Part shown: positions 57,758 to 64,000 of the stretch, in pieces
Layout of the letters: every line of letters starts with the position of its first letter
Numbering within the stretch: the first letter of the stretch is position 1
Assembly (NCBI GenBank): GCA_016194505.1
Contig: JACQBK010000044.1
Span: 197-64,196, forward strand
Origin: Ignavibacteriales bacterium
GTDB lineage: Bacteria; Bacteroidota; Ignavibacteria; UBA10030
Length of the DNA: 64,000 bases
Direction: 5' to 3'
The notes under the pieces: generated by a model
What the model was told of the DNA's origin: nothing
The model's input: only the letters and a program-made list of their open reading frames with translations
The model's database searches: none
Made by a program: the position numbers and the translations under genes

Positions 57758-57917
57758 TAGAACCTATCTCAAAAATATCATACAATCTTCCAACGGTTCA
57801 AAACTTTGTACGTAGAGCGAACTTTAGTTCGCTAACCCATTTTGGCAGCTGAAGCTCGCCCTACAATGTACCCCAGCCGACAGAGGCCCTTTCTCTCTGT
57901 TTTTGAGATGGCTTCTA
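57758..57917. repeat. MITE-like fold-back element (TIR tagaacctatctcaaaaa / tttttgagatggcttcta) between paralog 1 and the TonB-dependent receptor
   Basis: TIRs at 57758-57775 and 57900-57917. Internal palindrome agcgaactttagttcgct. The right TIR abuts the stop codon of the paralog-1 gene. Confidence 0.65.
57770..57777 (-). promoter_or_regulatory. Candidate FCB-type -7 promoter box (TAnnTTTG as TATTTTTG) carried by the MITE TIR, oriented toward the TonB-dependent receptor gene
   Basis: The minus strand reads ..TTTTG-N21-TATTTTTG ~75 nt upstream of the receptor ATG (57699). The motif is intrinsic to the TIR sequence. Confidence 0.3.
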
Positions 57918-58643
57918 ATGAATAACCCCACCTTCCTGACCCGGACAACCCTCCGGATCGAAACCATCGGGGTGATAAGGTTTATGAATATTTTCCGGAT
58001 ACAAGCCACAATGTTCCGATGTCATGATCGGAGGACAACAATTGGAAGTAACATATCTACTCACGAAACAAAGCGAATACCTAACAGGTCCGAAGTACAC
58101 AGGCGCTCGCTGATCGTAAATTTTGAGTTCCCCTCTGAGAATAAAATCTTCGGTGTACGCCAAACCACGAGAGATACCATGTGTTTTTAAAATATCACAA
58201 GTTGAATCCACGATATACCGAAAGAATTGAGTCCGAAGGTCTTTACCATTATCATCCGCCTTAAAATCCCACTGGATGCCGAGACGAATCGTATCCTGTG
58301 GGTCAATCAAGAGCATGCCTGAGTTTCTATCATAGCCGGGAGCGCGAATAACGTTACTTGGACCGATAGCAAAGGTCTTCCTAATTGAGGGGTCGCTTAC
58401 TGAAACAATTTCAATGCTTCCTTTTAATATCCCCGGTGCCTGAAAGGTTTCGTCAAAAATGTTTCGCACAATTAATTGAACACTCATCACATTTTGAACA
58501 ACTGAAAGAATATACGAAGGCTGTATGGTGCCTTCAAATATCTTATCCGGCGCTTGGTAGGTCGGCAGTGACTCGTCGCAGGGTCCAAGCGAGAGGCTTA
58601 CGAGAGCAAGAATACAAATTAAAAATAATGTATGTCTCTGCAT
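57915..58643 (-). CDS. Secreted Cys-containing protein, paralog 1 of a tandem lineage-specific family (unknown function)
   Basis: Signal peptide MQRHTLFLICILALVSLSLG, then the conserved PCDESLPTYQAPDKIF..RNIFDETFQ..WDF..AYTED.. core. The C-terminus is extended relative to paralogs 2 and 3. Confidence 0.6.
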   Translation of the reverse strand: MQRHTLFLICILALVSLSLGPCDESLPTYQAPDKIFEGTIQPSYILSVVQNVMSVQLIVRNIFDETFQAPGILKGSIEIVSVSDPSIRKTFAIGPSNVIRAPGYDRNSGMLLIDPQDTIRLGIQWDFKADDNGKDLRTQFFRYIVDSTCDILKTHGISRGLAYTEDFILRGELKIYDQRAPVYFGPVRYSLCFVSRYVTSNCCPPIMTSEHCGLYPENIHKPYHPDGFDPEGCPGQEGGVIH

Positions 58644-58656
58644 GTTATTCTCTCCT

Positions 58657-59289
58657 TTAATGGGGATATCTAAAGGGACAATTCGCTGTAAACGGAAATG
58701 GAAGAGGAGGACATTCTTGAGGATCACCCACTATATAGCAAAAACTATGCAAAATAGGAACACCTCGTATAATACCCGTCTTCTCAAAGACCGTTATTTC
58801 TCCACTGATAATAACATCTTCCGTATAAGCTATTTTTTGTGTCCTGCATGCCGGATTCTCCCATACGCGAAAAAAATCTGTCAGGAGATTACTGCCCTTG
58901 TCGTCGGTGAAATCCCATGTCACTCCAACGCGAATGGTATCTCCCGGGTCTATTGTCAGTATGCTCGAGATGGGATTATAGTCTTTCGCCTTGATAAGAT
59001 TTGCAACGCTGAGCTTAAATGTTTTGTGAATGCTTGAGTCTCTTGCCGAAGTAATTTGGATGGTTCCGCGCAGTATGGCTTTAGATTGAATAGTTTCGTC
59101 AAAAATATTGCGCACATGTATTTGGACAAAAAAACCGTTGAGCACCTTGGTCACAACATAAGAAGACACCATCGTCGCATCAAATATTTTTTCCGGCTCT
59201 TTATATGTGGGCAATGACTCGTCGCACGGTCCGAATGAGAGACTCATGAGTGCAAGAATATAAAATAAGAATATTGTATATCGTTGCAT
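58657..59289 (-). CDS. Secreted Cys-containing protein, paralog 2
   Basis: MQRYTIFLFYILALMSLSFGPCDESLPTYKEPEKIF... ends ..ECPPLPFPFTANCPFRYPH. Confidence 0.6.
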   Translation of the reverse strand: MQRYTIFLFYILALMSLSFGPCDESLPTYKEPEKIFDATMVSSYVVTKVLNGFFVQIHVRNIFDETIQSKAILRGTIQITSARDSSIHKTFKLSVANLIKAKDYNPISSILTIDPGDTIRVGVTWDFTDDKGSNLLTDFFRVWENPACRTQKIAYTEDVIISGEITVFEKTGIIRGVPILHSFCYIVGDPQECPPLPFPFTANCPFRYPH

Positions 59290-59302
59290 GTCGTTTTCTC
59301 TT

Positions 59303-59929
59303 CTATTGAGGATATCTGAAAGGACAGTTGGCGCTAAACGGAAATGGACTACAGCTTTGGGGGTCTCCAGTGACATAACAAAAACTATGAAGGATTGGGG
59401 GAGCTTTTGTAATCCCGGTTTTTTCAAAAACTCTCATTTCTCCACTAATCATGAAATCTTCAGCATAAGCGATACTTCGTCCTTTACATTGCGGATCGGG
59501 TACAATTCGAAAAAAATCTGCTAAAAGATCTCTCCCTGTGTCATCTTTGAAATCCCACAAAACGCCCAAACGAATGGAATCTCCGGAGTTAAAGGTTAAA
59601 GTGTTTGTGACTTGATCATATCCCGGAACGTAAAGAAACAGTATTTCTGAAATGTTAAATGTTCTTTTAATACTAGGATTTCTCATCGAAGTTATTTGAA
59701 TCATGCCTTGAAAAGCGGGTTTCGCTTGAAAAGTTTCATCAAAAACATTACGTATTTTCAATTCAACAAAGAAGTTATTTCGAGTTGCCGTAACAACGTA
59801 TGATGACGCCAGCGCTGCATCAAATATTTTCTCCGGCTCTTGGTATGTGGGTAAAGATTCATCACAAGGGCCAGATGAAATGCTGAGGAGTGCTGTTAGA
59901 AGAACAGCTAGAATCGTTTGTTGTTTCAT
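59303..59929 (-). CDS. Secreted Cys-containing protein, paralog 3
   Basis: MKQQTILAVLLTALLSISSGPCDESLPTYQEPEKIF... ends ..SCSPFPFSANCPFRYPQ. Confidence 0.6.
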   Translation of the reverse strand: MKQQTILAVLLTALLSISSGPCDESLPTYQEPEKIFDAALASSYVVTATRNNFFVELKIRNVFDETFQAKPAFQGMIQITSMRNPSIKRTFNISEILFLYVPGYDQVTNTLTFNSGDSIRLGVLWDFKDDTGRDLLADFFRIVPDPQCKGRSIAYAEDFMISGEMRVFEKTGITKAPPILHSFCYVTGDPQSCSPFPFSANCPFRYPQ

Positions 59930-60174
59930 AACATGATCCAGTGCGTATTGGAAAATATATTAATGTACCTTCTATGAGCGTCAAAGGTTACGTGATTCCG
60001 TTGAAAGGTTTCATCAAACACATCTGTAACGGTCGAGTACACGTTCAACGCGTTGACATCGTGGTGAAGGGCATATTCACCCTCTATTCTTCCTTGGAAG
60101 ACTCGCTGGGGTTCTTCGTACAGTGGCAAGGGTTCTTCGCAAGACCATACGCAAACAGCAAAGCACACCATCAT
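59926..60174 (-). pseudogene. Decayed fourth paralog (82 codons): N-terminal conserved core only, truncated signal peptide, divergent tail
   Basis: MMVCFAVCVWSCEEPLPLYEEPQRVFQGRIEGEY..TDVFDETFQ matches the family core. Only 12 aa of hydrophobic leader remain. The ORF stops after ~60 conserved residues. Confidence 0.4.
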
Positions 60175-60267
60175 TGCGAATGGTATGGAAGAAATGAAAA
60201 ACTGCCGGTGTCGGAAATGAGTTATTGTATCAATGATCGGTAAGCGTCTCCCTCGGATTGAATATGG

Positions 60268-61809
60268 TTATTTTTCCGGTTTCATTTGGGGAAAGAAAAT
60301 GACATCCCGTATGGAATCCTTATTTGTCAACAGCATTGTCAATCTATCAATACCGATACCGATTCCCGCGGTCGGGGGCATCCCGTATTCTAAGGCGCGG
60401 AGAAAATCTTCATCAATCATCTGGGCTTCCTCATCGCCGCGGGCGCGAAGTTTCATTTGTTCCTCGAATCGCGCTCGCTGGTCAAGGGGATCGTTCAATT
60501 CCGAAAAAGCATTGCAAATTTCTTGTCCATTGACAATCCCTTCGAAACGCTCTACGAGTCCTTGCTCGCTGCGGTGCTTCTTTGCCAAGGGGGACATTTC
60601 AACAGGGTAGTCCGTAATGAACGTGGGTTGAACCAGATAGTGCTCCACCCTCGTGCTGAAAATCTCGTCAATGATACCACCGACACCAATGGTAGGCTCA
60701 AGCTCGACATGCAATTCTTTTGCGATTGCACGCAACTCGGCTTCCAATTTACCGCGAAGGTCTTTACCCGTGTATTCTTTAATGACATCAAACATTGAAA
60801 TTCTTTTCCACGGAGGCGTGAAGTTAATTTCGTGTCCGCCTAAAACCGCCGTGGGCTTGCCGTTCACGGCCATAGCAATTTCGTAAATCGCTTGCTCGGC
60901 TAATTCCATCATCCAACGATAATCTTTGTATGCAACGTACAGCTCAAGCATGGTGAATTCGGGATTATGCGTCCGATCCATTCCTTCGTTGCGGAAGTCT
61001 TTTGAAATCTCATACACGCCGTCAAATCCTCCAACGATAAGCCGCTTTAAGTACAACTCGTCCGCTATACGTAAATATAAATCTATGTCATGCGCATTAT
61101 GATGCGTTTTGAACGGACGCGCCGATGCACCGCCGTACATCGGTTGAAGGACTGGCGTTTCGACTTCGGTATAATTCCTCGTATCAAAAAATTGGCGGAA
61201 CGTGCTGATAATTTTTGACCGCTTGATAAAAACCTCGCGCACGTCCGGATTCACGACAAGGTCAACATAGCGCTGGCGATACCGAAGCTCTTTGTCGGAA
61301 AAAGGGTCATAAACGACTTTGTTCCCTTGCTCATCCACTTTCTCCTTCACTATGGGCAGAGGCCTCAGAGATTTTGAAAGAAGCACAAGACTTTGGGCAT
61401 GAAGAGAGACTTCGCCCATCTTCGTTCTGAAAACGAAACCCTTTACGCCAACAATATCGCCAATATCCATTAACTTGAAGGCGTCATACATTTGCCCGAG
61501 ATCATCTTTCTTTAGGTACATTTGAATTTTGCCATGAGAATCCTGTAAATGGCAAAACGACGCCTTGCCCATTCTCCGCAGCGACATAATACGACCTGCC
61601 ACCGAAACGGTGCGAACCGGGGCATCGTCTTTAAAGCTTTCGATAATCTCTTTGGAAAAATCATTCCGGTTAAACTCATGAGGATAAGGATTCAATCCGA
61701 GTTTTCTAAGTTCTTCAAGCTCTTCGCGGCGACGAATCATCAAAACGTTTAAATCTTCATGTTCCTGAGGCTCAAGTTGCCGGGGAATATTCTTTTGGTC
61801 ATCAGTCAT
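60268..61809 (-). CDS. lysS: Lysyl-tRNA synthetase, class II
   Basis: N-terminal OB anticodon-binding domain; class II motifs 1-3 (..[18 protein letters not shown].., ..[11 protein letters not shown]). 513 aa. Confidence 0.97.
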   Translation of the reverse strand: MTDDQKNIPRQLEPQEHEDLNVLMIRRREELEELRKLGLNPYPHEFNRNDFSKEIIESFKDDAPVRTVSVAGRIMSLRRMGKASFCHLQDSHGKIQMYLKKDDLGQMYDAFKLMDIGDIVGVKGFVFRTKMGEVSLHAQSLVLLSKSLRPLPIVKEKVDEQGNKVVYDPFSDKELRYRQRYVDLVVNPDVREVFIKRSKIISTFRQFFDTRNYTEVETPVLQPMYGGASARPFKTHHNAHDIDLYLRIADELYLKRLIVGGFDGVYEISKDFRNEGMDRTHNPEFTMLELYVAYKDYRWMMELAEQAIYEIAMAVNGKPTAVLGGHEINFTPPWKRISMFDVIKEYTGKDLRGKLEAELRAIAKELHVELEPTIGVGGIIDEIFSTRVEHYLVQPTFITDYPVEMSPLAKKHRSEQGLVERFEGIVNGQEICNAFSELNDPLDQRARFEEQMKLRARGDEEAQMIDEDFLRALEYGMPPTAGIGIGIDRLTMLLTNKDSIRDVIFFPQMKPEK

Positions 61810-61905
61810 AAAACCCGTCTTTTCGTTGAATACTTATTAAATACAACAATGGCTCCTCGCTACTCAATGGAGAGCAAGCAGTTTCGCCAAATTCTCTTTA
61901 AGATA

Positions 61906-62061
61906 CTAGAAGTTATCTCAAAAACCTCGGTCCGTCGTCATTGCGAGGAGTCCTGAAAGGACGACGAAGCAATCCTATAGTTTGAAAAGAATTAAAGTTA
62001 GATTGCTTCGCAAAAAACGCTCGCAATAGCAATTTTATGTATTTTTGAGATAGCTTCTAAA
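61906..62061. repeat. Best-preserved copy of the MITE-like fold-back element family (TIR ctagaagttatctcaaaaa / tttttgagatagcttctaa)
   Basis: 19-bp TIRs at 61906-61924 and 62043-62061. Nested inverted pairs inside (cgtcgtc/gacgacg, attgcgag/ctcgcaat, gaagcaatc/gattgcttc) predict a long fold-back. Length ~156 bp. Confidence 0.7.
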
Positions 62062-62085
62062 TAAGTTATAGTAGAAGCAAACTGC

Positions 62086-63627
62086 TTACGGTAAATGTTT
62101 TCCGGCAGGATATGCGGGTAATTCTAATCGTTCGGTTGAAGTCCTCCCGAAAAGGGCAGTGCTTTCATACATTTTCAACGCATGTTCCGAATGGACTTGG
62201 CTCCAGGAAAACCGCCACTCCCAATTCCCCAACGCTGTTCCGGGAAAGTTCATACGACCTTCGGTGCCAAGCCCAAGAACATCCTGAAAAGGAACAATAG
62301 CTAAATCCGCCACTGATTTTAACGCAAGCCGAATAAGGTCCCAATGGATATTGTTGCCGTCGGCACATACATATTTATGCACAAACGCACGTTCCCGTTC
62401 GGTGGCGGTATTGAACCACCCGCGCGTAGTGTCGTTATCGTGCGTGCCGGTATACACAACGGAATTATGTTCGTAATGATGAGGAAGGAAACCACTTTCA
62501 GGTCCGGCGGCAAATGCGAATTGCAAAACTTTCATGCCGGGGAATTCAAATGTATCGCGCAATTTTATGACCTCAGGGGTAATAAGCCCCAAGTCTTCCG
62601 CGATGATGGGTAACTTGCCGAGCTTTTTCTCTACGGCTTTGAATAACTTTTCTTTCGGTCCGGGCACCCAGCGGCCACGCACGGCAGTTTTTTCCGACGC
62701 GGGTATTTCCCAATATGCATCGAACCCGCGGAAATGGTCAATGCGGGCAATATCAACAAGCCATAATGTCCGGCGAAAACGCTCAACCCACCACCGGTAT
62801 TTATCTTCTTCCATCTTATCCCAACGATACAATGGATTCCCCCACCGTTGACCCGTTCTGCTAAAATAATCCGGAGGAACGCCTGCAACAACGGTTGGCT
62901 TTCCGTTTTCATCGAGAGAAAATAATTCCTGCCGAGACCAGACATCTGCGCTGTGATGAGCCACGAAAATGGGAATATCGCCTACGATCTTGATTCCCCG
63001 CTCGTTGGCATATTTTTTTACTCTCGCCCATTGTTGGAAAAAGAGCCACTGGGTGAATTTCCAAAAACGGATTTCACTTTCTAACTCTTTGCGGGCGCTC
63101 GTAAGAGCTTCAGGTTTTCGCTGCGCGCATGCGCGATCCCATTTGGTCCATTCAACATCTCCAAAGTGATCATTCAGCGCTTTGAACAGGGAGTAATCTT
63201 CCAGCCAACCGTTTTGCTCGGCGCAAAATTTTTCGAAATCATCTATGTCTCGGGATTTCTTTTGCGAAAAACATCTCTCAGCAGCAATGCGAAGCCGCTG
63301 CAACCGGTAAGGAATAACTTGCTGGAAGTCAACTTTATTCGTCGGGAAATCGGGTAGCGGCGCAACCTCGGCTTGTGTGAGCCAACTTTTAGCAAGTAAT
63401 TCTTCAAAACCAATAAGCAATGGATTACCGGCGGAAGCAGAAAGGCTCATATAGGGAGAGTTGCCGTACCCTGTCGGCTCAAGAGGAAGCACCTGCCATA
63501 CTTTTTGTCCAGCAACGACAAGCCACTCGATGAAATGCAATGACACATCGCCAAAATCACCGCAACCGTACGGTCCGGGAAGAGAGGTTGGGTGCAACAA
63601 AATTCCACTACTACGAGGGAAACGCAT
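62086..63627 (-). CDS. malQ: 4-alpha-glucanotransferase (amylomaltase, GH77)
   Basis: N-terminus MRFPRSSGILLHPTSLPGPYGCGDFG and GH77 catalytic regions. 513 aa. Confidence 0.95.
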   Translation of the reverse strand: MRFPRSSGILLHPTSLPGPYGCGDFGDVSLHFIEWLVVAGQKVWQVLPLEPTGYGNSPYMSLSASAGNPLLIGFEELLAKSWLTQAEVAPLPDFPTNKVDFQQVIPYRLQRLRIAAERCFSQKKSRDIDDFEKFCAEQNGWLEDYSLFKALNDHFGDVEWTKWDRACAQRKPEALTSARKELESEIRFWKFTQWLFFQQWARVKKYANERGIKIVGDIPIFVAHHSADVWSRQELFSLDENGKPTVVAGVPPDYFSRTGQRWGNPLYRWDKMEEDKYRWWVERFRRTLWLVDIARIDHFRGFDAYWEIPASEKTAVRGRWVPGPKEKLFKAVEKKLGKLPIIAEDLGLITPEVIKLRDTFEFPGMKVLQFAFAAGPESGFLPHHYEHNSVVYTGTHDNDTTRGWFNTATERERAFVHKYVCADGNNIHWDLIRLALKSVADLAIVPFQDVLGLGTEGRMNFPGTALGNWEWRFSWSQVHSEHALKMYESTALFGRTSTERLELPAYPAGKHLP

Positions 63628-63633
63628 AATATT

Positions 63634-64000
63634 TTATTTTACACCAGCCAGTTCTCGAAGATGTTGAACTTCCGAATTTTTGAGATTCCGCCATTCCCCC
63701 CGCGACAAGCCTTCGGTCGTCAATCCGGCAAACAAAATCCGCTCCAATCCTTTCAACTCGTACCCAAGCTCTTCGAACATACGGCGCACTTCGCGGTTGC
63801 GCCCTTCACCGAGTGCAAGAACAATTTCTGCTCGCTTTGTGCCGGGGATAACCGCAACATCCTTAGGCTTCGCAAGTCCATCCTCTAACCGAACTCCCCG
63901 TTTCAATGCAACAAGGTCTTCATCAAGAAGACCGCTCTCTAAACGCACACGATACACGCGCTCGATTTCGTTCTTTGGATGGATAAGCCCATTCGCAAGC
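63634..64000 (-). CDS. rluB: Pseudouridine synthase, RluB/RsuA family, C-terminal part (gene continues beyond window end)
   Basis: ..GRNREVRRMFEELGYELKGLERILFAGL.. conserved C-terminal region. The ORF remains open to the window edge. Confidence 0.8.
   Translation of the reverse strand, partial: LANGLIHPKNEIERVYRVRLESGLLDEDLVALKRGVRLEDGLAKPKDVAVIPGTKRAEIVLALGEGRNREVRRMFEELGYELKGLERILFAGLTTEGLSRGEWRNLKNSEVQHLRELAGVK

Noticed and set aside
61810-61905. Lysine riboswitch or T-box leader upstream of lysS
   Set aside because: The ~95-nt leader shows no recognisable L-box or T-box conserved segments by eye. Only an Infernal scan could settle it.
1-64000. CRISPR array
   Set aside because: All repeats seen are dispersed palindromes or fold-back elements with unique flanks. 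There are no regularly spaced direct repeats and no cas genes.

Overview
This 64 kb window is a chromosomal segment with roughly 45-48% GC by eye. 54 of the 58 genes I call lie on the minus strand. The gene content looks like a Bacteroidetes/Ignavibacteria/Chlorobi-type (FCB-group) bacterium: many Sec/lipoprotein signal peptides, TonB-dependent receptors with CarboxypepD_reg N-domains, weak Shine-Dalgarno usage, and menaquinone made through the futalosine route. Gene order from low to high coordinates, with most genes read right-to-left: a pccB-like fragment; an envelope-stress efflux locus (ECF sigma, zf-HC2 anti-sigma, Spy/CpxP-like LTXXQ protein, membrane-fusion adaptor, FtsX/MacB-type permease, second adaptor, RND pump); mnmA; a class-A-like beta-lactamase homolog; two thioredoxin-fold proteins; an S9 peptidase; a HEAT-repeat/cyclophilin fusion; sdaAB/sdaAA; a TatD-radical-SAM fusion; a TonB-dependent receptor with a small lipoprotein. 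Then comes a near-complete futalosine menaquinone cluster: menG/ubiE, mqnD, an amidohydrolase, an MqnC-like rSAM, an rSAM-MqnA fusion, UbiD-like, UbiX-like and UbiA-like genes. After that: metG; a small accessory islet (nonsense-disrupted T5orf172/GIY-YIG-like gene plus an IS200/RAYT-type HUH transposase); holB; an Omp85/BamA-like gene; an M23 peptidase; hprK; hpf; xerD; topA; smg; ybeY; an RNase-Z-like MBL hydrolase; a gamma-CA-like protein; an S41 protease; and a second TonB-dependent receptor. Upstream of that second receptor sits a tandem array of 3 complete plus 1 decayed paralogous secreted Cys-containing proteins of unknown function. The window ends with lysS, malQ and a partial rluB. 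The most unusual signals are non-coding. A family of fold-back MITE-like elements with ~19 bp terminal inverted repeats (TIRs, consensus 'tagaagctatctcaaaaa') has at least 5 copies. A recurring ~19 bp GC-rich palindrome ('cctgcctgcNgcaggcagg') and other shared hairpin modules are scattered through intergenic regions, including inside operons (between sdaAB and sdaAA, between the ubiD-like and ubiX-like genes, and between the bla-like gene and mnmA). No rRNA, tRNA or CRISPR arrays were recognised. All coordinates come from by-eye reading and may be off by 1-2 nt.
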